Source of the DNA: a virus
Taxonomy: Duplodnaviria > Caudoviricetes
DNA: 64,000 bases
IMG/VR virus record: IMGVR_UViG_3300035502_000313
Coordinates: 96,001 to 160,000 of that record
Reading direction: 5' to 3' (one strand)
The notes under the pieces were generated by a model. That model was not told where the DNA came from, did not search any database, and was given only the letters and a program-made list of their open reading frames with translations. The number at the start of each line of letters is the position of its first letter. Position 1 is the stretch's first letter. This document shows positions 1 to 10,553 of this stretch, piece by piece. The translations under genes were made by a program, and so were the position numbers.

Positions 1-1836
1 ATTTAGCATTAAATAATTCCCGCTTTTATCAGTTGTAATGAATTGATCTGATCCATCATTTCCTAATATAGGTACATTTCGTTTAATTTTTAATTTACTT
101 GAGATACCGTTTATTTTTATTGTATTTTTATCATTACTGAACGCTTCTCCTGTATATACATTCTTTTCATTATTCTTATTAAATAACAAGTATAAAAAAT
201 ATCTTGTTTCATCTATATTATTAAAACTATTATTAAAAAATTCATACGATGTTCTATCAAATTTAGAAGGCGTGTTATCGTTATAAAAAGATTCAAAATT
301 TGATAGATTTTCTTCTGAATGAGAAAAATCATTTCCATCTTTATCAAATAAGACATTTTCGAATAATTCTGGATATACAATAACAATATTTTTTATTAGT
401 TTATGATATGGATCTGATACTTTAAATGTAGCAATATCTTCAATAGTATCATTTTCTATACAGCATATTCTTTTTCTTATATATGTTTTATAACTATTAT
501 TTCCTCCGGTAAAAAAATCTATAAATCTACTAACATCATTCATTATTTCATTTTTAAAAATAGTATCGTTTACATATTGTGATGAATAAGTTACTCTATA
601 GATCATTCCACTTGAACTCAAATTTCTAGTCTTTAAAAATGCGTCATATGGACAAAAATTATCACCTGTAATAAAATCTTTTACATGTATTCTTTTAACT
701 CCACCTTCAATATTATAAGCAACAAATCCATTATGATTATCAAAATCCCACCACGATCCTACTAAAATATCACCTTTAGTATATCTAAAAGATAAACCAG
801 TATTATTACCGTTAACATAAATACCGTTATTAGATATATTAGAATAAGAACTAAATTTCATTGTATCAATATTTATTGGTTTAAACATCATAGAACTATC
901 TAGTTGATTAGAACTCCAATTATCACCGCTAGTTGTATCTGTCAATACATAATAATATTTATTTCTGTCTTCTTCAGGTATATATTCACATTCATCCTTA
1001 AAATAAATATACGCAGTATGATCTTCACTTTTCCACATTCCGAGATTTGTTAATTCATTATATGTAAAACAGAATTTTTCTATAAATGTATCATTTAAAG
1101 TTCCATTAATTTTTTTAAAAGAATGCATTCCTGTAACATTTTCCATTCCAACATCAGAATTTATCATATTTATAAATGGAAATACCAGATTTTGAATTGA
1201 TACATTTATTCCATTTATATTAATACAATCTAGATTTGCCACAGGTGTCATAGTTCTTTGTGTAATATTTCCTTCATCATCAGTTATATTTACAGGAATT
1301 TCATACACAACATCATCTTCACTGTTTCTTAATAATGCATGCTTATCTTCTTCATTATCAAATTCAACAGCAGCATCAAATACTGAAGTATCTATTTTAT
1401 ATGTATAACCAGTCATATCTTCGTCGCCAGTTATATCAAAAAGTTTTAAATCACAATCACCAGCACCTGTACCAGTGATAAAGTCCTCGAAATTAGTTTG
1501 ACTACAAAAATGCATTGTAAAGTTGTCAAAATCTATGATTACCATTACGTAATCATCGTTTTTCCACACATCTTGTACAGTAGCATAAGCTTTTCCTTCT
1601 CCGATACTGTCTTTTAAAATTCTACCAGCGAAGTCATATACTTTATCTTCTGATACACTTAGTATAGTTTCACCTTCTGAATTATTAAGTGTCCAACTAG
1701 AAGATTTGAAATCGCTTGTTGCTGTAAAGAGTTTTAATACTTTACCAGCAAGCTTTACTGGATAACTTGTATCCATAGTAAGTATCGATCCACTATGATG
1801 TAAATCCATACGTCTATTTAAAAAGTTTGTAGACAT
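1..1836 (-). CDS. Hypothetical late protein (>612 aa), truncated by the left window edge; absent from the ORF track
   Basis: ATG at 1836 with an AGGAGG RBS and late promoter 1866-1877. Reads MSTNFLNRRMDLHHSGSILTMDTSYPVKLAG...; no in-frame stop in the stretches checked. Confidence 0.75.
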   Translation of the reverse strand, partial: MSTNFLNRRMDLHHSGSILTMDTSYPVKLAGKVLKLFTATSDFKSSSWTLNNSEGETILSVSEDKVYDFAGRILKDSIGEGKAYATVQDVWKNDDYVMVIIDFDNFTMHFCSQTNFEDFITGTGAGDCDLKLFDITGDEDMTGYTYKIDTSVFDAAVEFDNEEDKHALLRNSEDDVVYEIPVNITDDEGNITQRTMTPVANLDCININGINVSIQNLVFPFINMINSDVGMENVTGMHSFKKINGTLNDTFIEKFCFTYNELTNLGMWKSEDHTAYIYFKDECEYIPEEDRNKYYYVLTDTTSGDNWSSNQLDSSMMFKPINIDTMKFSSYSNISNNGIYVNGNNTGLSFRYTKGDILVGSWWDFDNHNGFVAYNIEGGVKRIHVKDFITGDNFCPYDAFLKTRNLSSSGMIYRVTYSSQYVNDTIFKNEIMNDVSRFIDFFTGGNNSYKTYIRKRICCIENDTIEDIATFKVSDPYHKLIKNIVIVYPELFENVLFDKDGNDFSHSEENLSNFESFYNDNTPSKFDRTSYEFFNNSFNNIDETRYFLYLLFNKNNEKNVYTGEAFSNDKNTIKINGISSKLKIKRNVPILGNDGSDQFITTDKSGNYLMLN

Positions 1837-1890
1837 ATATAATTTCCTCCTTTTCTTTAAGTATTTATAATAAAGTTCTTCTATTACAAC

Positions 1891-1923
1891 AAAAAAGAAG
1901 AGTTGTGAATGAACACAACTCTT
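1891..1923 (-). terminator. Intrinsic terminator ending the 7556->1922 operon
   Basis: AAGAGTTGTG/CACAACTCTT stem followed by a T-run on the minus strand. Confidence 0.8.
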
Positions 1924-2695
1924 ATCTTTTATATTGAATACTCATAAGAATAGAGAATAATTCTCTATTAAACATTTGATTGTTTGATATGTTTAATACA
2001 TTCTTATAACTATCGTCTATAAACATAACACCATAATGTCCAAGTCTATACATAGAATCCGAATTGAATTCACGATAGTATTCAATATCAAGTTGTCTAT
2101 TATCATAACGTTGTATAAATGTCATTAACTCTTGTATAGCACCTACAATGTTACCCTTGACAACTTGCTTTAATATATAAGATAGAAACGATAGATAAGC
2201 TGAGTGTAGTTCTAGCTTACTATCATTAATACCTTTGATGTCTAGTATATCACCAGAATCATCAAGTTCATTCATACCATAATATATCTCTATTCCTCTA
2301 CAATAGATATACATATGATATGAATTTCTATGTGTAAATTCTATGTTACCAAAAGTTGTATATTGTAATCTTCTCATAACATAGAATGCGTCTTTCTTTA
2401 TAGATACTATATCATCTTCTGTTAGGTTATTAGATTCAATTAAGCACTTACGAGCCCACTCAAATCCTTCACTTATAACCCTCGACATTTCTGGATTCTT
2501 CTGAAGATTACCTATAGCTATCTCTCTCTGCATCTTCGACATTTGAAGATACATGTTATATTCTTGAGCAGTGATATATCCACCCTGTAAAAGGATGGAT
2601 ATATTTGCCTTTGCTATATCATACTCATGGATTTCATTAATGATAAACTTTACTTTCTTTGTATAGAGTGTTCTTTTATAGAGTTCATTATTCAT
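1922..2695 (-). CDS. Small DNA polymerase palm-like protein (family A/B-like motifs A and C only)
   Basis: EYDIAKANISIL resembles motif A and VSIKKDAFYV resembles motif C; only 257 aa. Confidence 0.5.
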   Translation of the reverse strand: MNNELYKRTLYTKKVKFIINEIHEYDIAKANISILLQGGYITAQEYNMYLQMSKMQREIAIGNLQKNPEMSRVISEGFEWARKCLIESNNLTEDDIVSIKKDAFYVMRRLQYTTFGNIEFTHRNSYHMYIYCRGIEIYYGMNELDDSGDILDIKGINDSKLELHSAYLSFLSYILKQVVKGNIVGAIQELMTFIQRYDNRQLDIEYYREFNSDSMYRLGHYGVMFIDDSYKNVLNISNNQMFNRELFSILMSIQYKR

Positions 2696-3198
2696 GCTAA
2701 ATCACCATGATCTGAGTAAAGTTTATCAGTTCCAAACATTTGGATATATGTCTCCATATTCCTATCAAACATCTGAATTCCATCTGTAGAGAAATCACCA
2801 TCACTAATGATGTCATTCATTATGTCCGTACAAATATTACATTTGAATCCATAAGAGTCAGTTATAAACTTCATTAATGCTTCAATCATATTAATAGATA
2901 TATCGTTATTCCAATCACAAATAATGAAAACACTATACCCATTATATAACGTTCGCATCAAATCAACAAGCTGTCTAAATGCAGCTGGAGAAGTTGTGAT
3001 ATAAGAGATATACATATTATCAAACTCAAACTCATTGAAGAATACTTGCTCTGTTGAACTCCAATAAGGATTCAAAGCATCAAGCTTTTCTACTCCTTCT
3101 ACTAATGAGTTAAAGTTAATGTATATATAGTCTATCTTATTTGGATTCATCCTTAGTATACTATATACCTGAGGAGTTCCAAATATAAGTGCACTCAT
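2692..3198 (-). CDS. Hypothetical protein, possible DUF488-like fold
   Basis: LNP...F...Y...I...L..L....VFIICD...L..F....G pattern shared with 3214-3795. Confidence 0.4.
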   Translation of the reverse strand: MSALIFGTPQVYSILRMNPNKIDYIYINFNSLVEGVEKLDALNPYWSSTEQVFFNEFEFDNMYISYITTSPAAFRQLVDLMRTLYNGYSVFIICDWNNDISINMIEALMKFITDSYGFKCNICTDIMNDIISDGDFSTDGIQMFDRNMETYIQMFGTDKLYSDHGDLA

Positions 3199-3213
3199 TA
3201 CACATACCTCCTT

Positions 3214-3795
3214 TTAATACTGTATGAATAATTGATCATTAGGTCTATTAGAAAGTTTATATCTATTAACGATATCCTGAACCTTAACTACACATTCAGG
3301 AATAATACCTTGACTTAATAAGAGTTGCGGATTACTTCTAATATCTCCAATTCCATAACATAAAACTCCGAATCTAGAATAGAGATAATCAACCAATGCT
3401 TTACAAATCGGCATCCACATTTTAGCATCATCATTGTCAAAGTAAAGAATATAATCAAAGTTTCTTTCAAGCATTCCAGCAAGAAGAACTGCAATATACT
3501 CTTGAATATCTGGGTCGTTATCAAGCTTGTTATAATACTCATAAACAAAGTTATTATAATCCTCATCAATAAGGAAAAACATTGCTCTTGAGTTTGGTAA
3601 TAGAATACTAGCAACGATATAATCATCACCGCTACCTTCTATATCATTGACAACAACAATCTTTGTATGGTGTATTTCTTGATTAACACCACTGTTTTTA
3701 CAAGCCTCTGCATATGCCTGTAAATAAGTTCCCTTATAATTAATAAGGAACTGTAATTCTGTAGCATTTCCAGCCACCATTATATTTCCAATCAT
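3214..3795 (-). CDS. Hypothetical protein, possible DUF488-like fold
   Basis: ILLP...F...Y...L...ILYFD...L..YL...G pattern; AGGAGG RBS. Confidence 0.4.
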   Translation of the reverse strand: MIGNIMVAGNATELQFLINYKGTYLQAYAEACKNSGVNQEIHHTKIVVVNDIEGSGDDYIVASILLPNSRAMFFLIDEDYNNFVYEYYNKLDNDPDIQEYIAVLLAGMLERNFDYILYFDNDDAKMWMPICKALVDYLYSRFGVLCYGIGDIRSNPQLLLSQGIIPECVVKVQDIVNRYKLSNRPNDQLFIQY

Positions 3796-3872
3796 TGAAC
3801 TTCCTCCTGTTATTTATATTATGAGTAAGTTGGAGTTGATGTAATTACCAACTCCTAACCTACATAACACGA

Positions 3873-5912
3873 TTATCTACGACGATTCTTCTTTTTCTTC
3901 TTACCATATTTCTGTTGCTGTTTACGAGTACCCTGTTTTTCATTGCCAATCACTGCCATATTATACTGGTCAACAATTGATATCTTCTCAGGGACTGTTT
4001 TAGGTTCTGGATCTGAAGTTTCTTCTTCATCAACATCATATCCTTCTTCTACAGTACAAGTATTATCATCTTCACTAGAAGCATTGATATCATTGATGAT
4101 ATCTTCTACAGAAGTTTCGTCAGGTTGTACAGTTTCACAATATACCTGCTCTGCATAATTCTCAGCAAGACTAATTGTGTAGTACTTATTTGTATCTACT
4201 TCAAAGTCATACTCTCCACTTTCAGATGCAAACTTCATATTAGATACAGCAGAAGAAATGAACTTCAGAATGTTAGAAGAATTGTATGTGAAGTTTCCTG
4301 AGAGAACGATGTTATATCTGTAATCTTCAAGAGACATACCAATAGCAGATCTATATACATCATATACATCCTTATAGATACAGAATCTAAATACATCTGA
4401 ATTCTCATCAGTATCAAATGAATTGAGTTCGAGCAATAACTTCCAGAAGTTAATAATGCTCATAAAGAATGTCTTTGTATTCTTTACATTAAGGATGAGC
4501 TTATAGAATACTAAGAACATATCCTCATTCATCTCTGCACCGCTTATCTTTCTAAGCATTGCATTGAGCATTGTATCTGCTGTGCCAACATTATCCTCTG
4601 TAATTGTTACACATTCGCCATAAGAATTTATAGTAGCAGCACTAACTTCCCTATACATTCTAAAAGCTTCTTCTTCAGATACAAACGGATTATCTGTAAT
4701 GATCATGCTATTAATAGCTTTGATCAGATTTGTAACAGGAACATTACTAGAATCTACTGCCTGTTCAAATGTCAGACCTGCATTGAGTTTATTGAAAGCA
4801 TTCATGAAGTTAGCTTTCTTATCTCCAACAACTACGACAGGTTTTGCAGGTTCAACCTTTACTTCTTCAACAATATTATTTACTGTTGTTTCTTCGTTGT
4901 TGTTGATAGGAGTTATAATAACTCTTCTCTTTTTCTTAGGTGCAGAGTTAATGTGAGTATCAAATACATGATTCACATTATTATTGAGATTCGATATACT
5001 AGAATCTACATGATTACTCTTTCCACCTGTTTCTTTTACTGATATAACTTCACCAGTTTCAACGCTTGAAATTATTATTTTCATTTTCTTTACTCCTTCA
5101 TTCTTTTTATATCCAACTGCACTTAACAAGGATTTTATATCGTCACCTTCTGGTTTTGATAATGTAGAAGCTAAGTATGTCCTTCCACATTCGGAACATA
5201 CAATATTGTTAAATCCTTCATCATAATCAAGTGTACCAGAACAAAGTTTTCCATTCAATATATCTTTACATAATCTCTTTTTAGGATCTGCTACATACAT
5301 TGATGGATAGTCCAATAACACTGGTCCGAAACCAGATCTATAACCCCAGTTCTTCATACTTCTAGTTCCAATATCATCCATAGCGATATTGTTATTACGA
5401 ATCTTGAAATATAAGATATCAAAGATTTCTTGAGAATACTTTGTAAACTCAGATACATCTTTAATCGGGATTACATTTTCTATGATAGCTAAACTACCAC
5501 ATGGTGATACTTCGAATATCTTATTGCAGAATGGCTTTAAAACATTCTGATTCACATATTCTTTGAGATTACTTGTAAATCCGACATTATCAGTTGCTAC
5601 TTTAGCAACAACTCTTTTATCGTAATTACATACATAAGCTCTTCTATTAGTACCCCCACCAATAAGGCTGAAACCTCTTCTATTCATCAATTCACCAAGT
5701 AATCTATACTTCTCTTTTACATTACAATGCATTGCAGGAGAAGTAGCAAGCTTATGAATAAAAGCGATATCATTTTGGGTAAAGTATGATAACAACGGAT
5801 TGACTTTAAAACTATCAAACCATGCTATCCACTGCTTCATGAGTTTAGACTCTTTAATTACATCTTTTCTATAGATGTCAGAAAGATTATTTTTTATTTT
5901 CATTTCAAACAC
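3873..5912 (-). CDS. Protein kinase-like protein with Zn ribbon and long C-terminal region
   Basis: Gly loop IGGGTNR, VAKV lysine, helix-C Glu (NLKE), catalytic DIGTRSMKNW, LLDY, then C..C/CSECG cysteines; basic C-terminus. Confidence 0.75.
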   Translation of the reverse strand: MFEMKIKNNLSDIYRKDVIKESKLMKQWIAWFDSFKVNPLLSYFTQNDIAFIHKLATSPAMHCNVKEKYRLLGELMNRRGFSLIGGGTNRRAYVCNYDKRVVAKVATDNVGFTSNLKEYVNQNVLKPFCNKIFEVSPCGSLAIIENVIPIKDVSEFTKYSQEIFDILYFKIRNNNIAMDDIGTRSMKNWGYRSGFGPVLLDYPSMYVADPKKRLCKDILNGKLCSGTLDYDEGFNNIVCSECGRTYLASTLSKPEGDDIKSLLSAVGYKKNEGVKKMKIIISSVETGEVISVKETGGKSNHVDSSISNLNNNVNHVFDTHINSAPKKKRRVIITPINNNEETTVNNIVEEVKVEPAKPVVVVGDKKANFMNAFNKLNAGLTFEQAVDSSNVPVTNLIKAINSMIITDNPFVSEEEAFRMYREVSAATINSYGECVTITEDNVGTADTMLNAMLRKISGAEMNEDMFLVFYKLILNVKNTKTFFMSIINFWKLLLELNSFDTDENSDVFRFCIYKDVYDVYRSAIGMSLEDYRYNIVLSGNFTYNSSNILKFISSAVSNMKFASESGEYDFEVDTNKYYTISLAENYAEQVYCETVQPDETSVEDIINDINASSEDDNTCTVEEGYDVDEEETSDPEPKTVPEKISIVDQYNMAVIGNEKQGTRKQQQKYGKKKKKNRRR

Positions 5913-5915
5913 CCC

Positions 5916-7556
5916 TTAAAAATAAGCTTCCATTTCTTCATCTGTTAATTGTACAGGTGAAGAAAATCCAGACTCAGATGTAACGTCTTCTTCATGTTGA
6001 GATATAATCTCACCAGTATCATCATCTACTGTCATAATACCAAATGTTCTTTGCTCTGGAACAATTCCACCAGTCATATTCTTAGGAATGAATAAATTTT
6101 CTGTGGCTAATTCTGGAGTTACAGTTTTGGTATACATGAACTGATTCTCTGGTTTATTATAATCTTCAAGAGTTAACTGTTCTACAGGTGTCTTAGCAAA
6201 TGTAGGATGATAATGTGCATCTGGTGCTGTAGCACTTCCTAAATTACCAGACATTACTTTATCCATAAACAGCTTTCTCTTAATGTCATACTCTTGTTGT
6301 AACTTCTGATGAACTAACGGATCATTGTTCATTTCTTGTGGTGTTGAGATAAGAGACTTATAATGTAAATCCCTCTCAAAATCATAAGATAAACTAAAGA
6401 AGTTTGATCTATTAGCATAGTCAAGTTCAGTATGACAACAGCTAGAAAGAATATCTCTGAAGTTTTCTCTAGAGAACGATGCTGTCTGTAAAGCTCTCTG
6501 AATCAATCTTTCATGTTTTTTCCAATCGATTCGTTCGTCTTCCCATCTAGCAAATTGTTCATCTATTGATAATCCAGCTGCTTTCCAACTGTTCCATCTA
6601 TTGATATTATCTACATATGACTTATTAAACAAGTTTCTAAAGGTATTAACATACTTATTATAATAAGCAATCTGAGCATACATCTGCTGTATCTCATACT
6701 GTTCCTTTCTATCATCAATCTGAGTATGTGTAGTATATGCCTGACCTAAAGCATCCCTTTCATGATTGACTTCTCTAACAATGTCACCAGTAGCTATATC
6801 AATAATCTTGAAATTGCAAGCTCTTTGGAATCTAATACCACGACAGTCATAAACATCATAAACTACATTATTTCCATCATCTGTCATAGACTGCATCTTT
6901 TCCTGTTGAGCTTTAGCTTGTGCTTCCTGCTGTTCTTTATAGATTTGATCAGCAGGTTTGAATTTAAAAGACTCAGCCCACTTAAGTGCTTCATCTGTTC
7001 CTACCATTCTGGCTGATAAGAGAGCCCATCCATACTTCTGATTATCTGCAAACTCTCTCTGTTGTTCACAATAGTCAAAGTAATTAACCATTTGAGTTGC
7101 ATTAGGAAAACTATATGGATTGATTCCATATAGTTTCATACCAGGAGTATATTGTTTTAGTCTTTCATCATTTGGGTTCATACCATAACCATAATAATTG
7201 TTATAGAATCCATTATTATTGAAAGACATACCAGTACTTGGGTTAGACCCAACTTGAAACAAATTAACTCTTCCCTGAGGTTGTCCTCCTGCAGCGAAGT
7301 TTGCTTCCCAAGGTGGAGAAATAGAAATAGCTTCATGCTGATTGTTTGGTTGATTAGCATAGTTTATAACAATACCGCTATTGTCACTATCTGCACTAAC
7401 TGATAACATCTCAGCATATTCTGGATTGTTAGAAATGAAGTTCTCCACCTCTTCATTTGACATTCCATTTAGTGTGTTTTGTATTTGGTTATCCTGAACT
7501 CTCGTCATTGCAGACGCTCGTTTCAGATTAGCCATTCTTTCTTCTTTTGATAACAA
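5916..7556 (-). CDS. Hypothetical protein, first gene of an early operon
   Basis: 546 aa ORF with GAGGAG RBS and early promoter 7627-7634. Confidence 0.7.
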   Translation of the reverse strand: MLSKEERMANLKRASAMTRVQDNQIQNTLNGMSNEEVENFISNNPEYAEMLSVSADSDNSGIVINYANQPNNQHEAISISPPWEANFAAGGQPQGRVNLFQVGSNPSTGMSFNNNGFYNNYYGYGMNPNDERLKQYTPGMKLYGINPYSFPNATQMVNYFDYCEQQREFADNQKYGWALLSARMVGTDEALKWAESFKFKPADQIYKEQQEAQAKAQQEKMQSMTDDGNNVVYDVYDCRGIRFQRACNFKIIDIATGDIVREVNHERDALGQAYTTHTQIDDRKEQYEIQQMYAQIAYYNKYVNTFRNLFNKSYVDNINRWNSWKAAGLSIDEQFARWEDERIDWKKHERLIQRALQTASFSRENFRDILSSCCHTELDYANRSNFFSLSYDFERDLHYKSLISTPQEMNNDPLVHQKLQQEYDIKRKLFMDKVMSGNLGSATAPDAHYHPTFAKTPVEQLTLEDYNKPENQFMYTKTVTPELATENLFIPKNMTGGIVPEQRTFGIMTVDDDTGEIISQHEEDVTSESGFSSPVQLTDEEMEAYF

Positions 7557-7684
7557 AATTATATTCTCCTCTCAATAGTTATTCATTAAGTAGTAAAATA
7601 AGAAGTTGTATCTTATCATTACATAAATAATATATGTTTCAACTTATTATTAAATAATTGTACAGTAAGGAGTGATTCTTAACA

Positions 7685-8374
7685 ATGATTAAACCAGAGT
7701 CATTATTAAATGACGTTACCTTATTTGACAAAGGTAAGAATGCTAGATACCATATAGATGGTAGGGGTATTCCTAGTGTAACTGAGTTATTATCTTTTAT
7801 AGATAATGAAGGCTTAATCTCTTGGGCTAATAGAGTTGGTAGACAAGGACAAGATAATAGAGAGATAGCTTCTAAAGCTGCAGAGTTTGGAACAATGGTT
7901 CATGAATCGATTGAGATGTATATAAAAAAGAAACCTAATGAAGAAGATAATGTTTGTTTAGATGCTTTTAAAGAATGGTGGCAAGGTATAAATCAATGTC
8001 ATAGAGTTAAGGTATTAGGACAAGAGCAAAAACTAATGTGTGAATATTTCGCAGGAACATACGATTTACTCATAACAATAGATGATAAACCATATCTTAT
8101 AGATTTCAAAACATCTAATCATGTAGGGTATAAATACTTTATGCAGTTAGCTGCGTATAGATATTTACTATATACACAGAAGAATATAAACATACAAGGA
8201 TGTATAATTCTTCAGTTTTCTAAAGAAGAAGCTAAATATCGTGAGTTTAATCTTGACTTTACTAATCCATATGATTATGAGTTTATAGAAAACTGTCATA
8301 GAGCTTTCTTTGGACTTGTATACACATATTATAATACTAAATTATGTCAACGCCAATTTGGTTCAATATTCTAA
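7685..8374 (+). CDS. PD-(D/E)XK exonuclease (RecB/Cas4/MGME1-like)
   Basis: PSVTELL, GTMVHESIE, AGTYDLL, IDFKTS, MQLAAY motifs. Confidence 0.85.
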   Translation: MIKPESLLNDVTLFDKGKNARYHIDGRGIPSVTELLSFIDNEGLISWANRVGRQGQDNREIASKAAEFGTMVHESIEMYIKKKPNEEDNVCLDAFKEWWQGINQCHRVKVLGQEQKLMCEYFAGTYDLLITIDDKPYLIDFKTSNHVGYKYFMQLAAYRYLLYTQKNINIQGCIILQFSKEEAKYREFNLDFTNPYDYEFIENCHRAFFGLVYTYYNTKLCQRQFGSIF

Positions 8375-8381
8375 AAATATA

Positions 8382-8416
8382 TCTGGGTGAGCCGAAACTC
8401 ACCCAGACTTTATTTT
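8382..8416. terminator. Terminator between convergent genes
   Basis: TCTGGGTGAG-CCGAAA-CTCACCCAGA then T-rich tail. Confidence 0.8.
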
Positions 8417-8427
8417 CGTTTATATAA

Positions 8428-9963
8428 TTATTCTTCTTCAGAACCAGACTGCTGTTCTGTTTCTTCTTTAACTTCAGGGTCAGTAGTCTCGCTTTCTTCA
8501 GTACCAGTAGTTGTTTCTGGAGTAGTAGAAGTTTCTTCTTTAGTTGAAGATTCAGATGTATCAACATCTTTCTTAGGTTCAGAATCAGTATCAACTTCCT
8601 CAGACTTATCTGTAGAAGGATCTGTTTCTTCTGTAGTTTCAGAAGAAGATGTATCATCCTTAGTATCATCTGTATCTGAAGAATCTGTTGTAGTATCTTC
8701 GTCATCATCAGTGTCTTCAGGCTTTTCGAAGAATAACTTTTCTTCAGTAAATTCATCAAATTCAGCATCATACTTTTCTTCATGGATATTCTTAGAAATG
8801 ATATCACCATTATCGTCAAAGATAGTAAGGTATCTCTTCTTAGTTGTTTCTCCAGTATCTTCATCAGTAGTATACTCATACTTTACTTCATTGATTACAA
8901 CGAATTCATCATCAACGAGTTTCTTTGTAATAACAGAAGTACGTCTTCCCTCTTCGTCATACTCATATGTAGATACCATAGAGTTATCTTCGGAATATAC
9001 AATAAGATTACCATCTTTATCATATACTGTTTTAATAGTCTTATCTTTTTCTAATTTACCTGTTGCACAATCTGTAACTCTAGTTGAAGTAATAGAAGTT
9101 ACATCACCAGTGTCTTCATCAGTAGACTTTTCTGTACGAGAAAACAGTTCTTTTCCATCTTCAAACTTATACAATGAAATTTCATCTCCCTTTAAGTTAT
9201 ATACATGCTCTTCTGTAAGTATACCATTCTTAACAACTTTACCAATCTTATAGTCAGCTGCTGGTACATATGAAGTAACAACGTAAGATATGAGTTTCTT
9301 TGTAGTTGTTCTAATATCAAAGAATCTTTCAGTCTCAGAAAGAATCTTACCTTCACTATTGAAGTCTCTTTCATAATCAATTTCAATATGCTTATCACCA
9401 TCGATTACTTTATAGATTCTTCCAGCTTCATCAAAGAAAGCTCTATAAGGTGTATGAGTCATCTTAGACTTGATAGTCATTTCTGTAATACGACTTACTT
9501 CACCTCTAAAATATTCTCTGGTTCTAACAGTCTGCATACCCTTTGACTTTGAACGGATAACATTATTATCTATATCATACTCATAACTATCAGTACGATA
9601 TACTAATCCATCTCTCATCAATGATTCTTCTTTAATAAGTCTACCAAGTTTATCATAATACTTCTTAGAACCAATCTTTTCAATATCAAGAAGTTTACCA
9701 TTTTTCTTTACAGACTTTGTAACAGAACAACTTAGAGTATTACCTTCACTATCTTTTTTATAATCATAATTATACATTGTAACAAACTCATCACTCGTTA
9801 CTATCTTACCATCAGGATATACTCCATCTTTATCTTTGAAAACAATAACTGTGTCTAATTTTGTTTCACTAGTTACATCTTTTTTAGTGTCATCAGAATA
9901 CTTTTTTGTAGTCTTATGGTTAATATATTTAACAACACCGTCTTCAATTACAATATCACTCAT
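8428..9963 (-). CDS. YD/RHS-repeat-like beta-hairpin protein with acidic Thr/Ser-rich tail
   Basis: Repeated YxYDxxG units (YDKLGRL, YEYDIDNN, YDKDGNL, YEYDEEGR); low-complexity D/E/T/S C-terminus. Confidence 0.55.
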   Translation of the reverse strand: MSDIVIEDGVVKYINHKTTKKYSDDTKKDVTSETKLDTVIVFKDKDGVYPDGKIVTSDEFVTMYNYDYKKDSEGNTLSCSVTKSVKKNGKLLDIEKIGSKKYYDKLGRLIKEESLMRDGLVYRTDSYEYDIDNNVIRSKSKGMQTVRTREYFRGEVSRITEMTIKSKMTHTPYRAFFDEAGRIYKVIDGDKHIEIDYERDFNSEGKILSETERFFDIRTTTKKLISYVVTSYVPAADYKIGKVVKNGILTEEHVYNLKGDEISLYKFEDGKELFSRTEKSTDEDTGDVTSITSTRVTDCATGKLEKDKTIKTVYDKDGNLIVYSEDNSMVSTYEYDEEGRRTSVITKKLVDDEFVVINEVKYEYTTDEDTGETTKKRYLTIFDDNGDIISKNIHEEKYDAEFDEFTEEKLFFEKPEDTDDDEDTTTDSSDTDDTKDDTSSSETTEETDPSTDKSEEVDTDSEPKKDVDTSESSTKEETSTTPETTTGTEESETTDPEVKEETEQQSGSEEE

Positions 9964-10033
9964 AAAAAATAATCCTCCTTTTATAAATGCATTTATTATA
10001 AAGTTGTGGGGTGATGATGCTCACCCCACTCTT

Positions 10034-10552
10034 TTATAATTCGATTTCAACTACTTTGCCTTCTCTGATTGATTTACGTACATCTATTATACGTTGATTA
10101 GTACTTCCTCTCCAAGCACAATCTAGAGAAACCTTATCCTTTTCAAATCTACCATCTATAAGATAATCAATATTATGAAGTAGGTTCAAATATGACTTAC
10201 AACCATCCTTAATTATCTTTAAGATTTCTTCATAAGTGAAACCTGTATAACAGATTATATCAAGAGTATGCATACCAGCATTATTAATCTTCAATGCTAA
10301 TTCTGCAAGTGCATCTGATTGTAGAAAAGGTTCTCCACCTGAGAAAGTGACACCAGCTATAACAGGATCTTTTATAATCTCATTATAGATTTCATCAGTG
10401 TCAATAAATTTTCCATCTGTAGGATTATGAGTTTGGGGGTTCTGACAACCTTCACAATTGTGATAACACCCCTGAGTGAAAATTGTGTATCTTAACCCAG
10501 GACCATCGACAATGCTGTTTTTAACTATTCCAGCTATCTTAAGTTTAGCCAT
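10034..10552 (-). CDS. nrdG: Anaerobic ribonucleotide reductase activating protein (radical SAM)
   Basis: SIVDGPGLR, CYHNCEGC, GVTFSGGEPF, IDGRF, RGSTNQR. Start moved to ATG 10552 behind GGAGG. Confidence 0.95.
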   Translation of the reverse strand: MAKLKIAGIVKNSIVDGPGLRYTIFTQGCYHNCEGCQNPQTHNPTDGKFIDTDEIYNEIIKDPVIAGVTFSGGEPFLQSDALAELALKINNAGMHTLDIICYTGFTYEEILKIIKDGCKSYLNLLHNIDYLIDGRFEKDKVSLDCAWRGSTNQRIIDVRKSIREGKVVEIEL

Positions 10553-10553
10553 A

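Noticed and set aside
8387-9253. 288-aa Ser-rich plus-strand ORF and other antisense or nested ORFs (e.g. 8337-8879, 21853-22314, 36111-36524, 38913-39254)
   Set aside because: Shadows of acidic or low-complexity genes on the other strand or frame; no RBS or promoter
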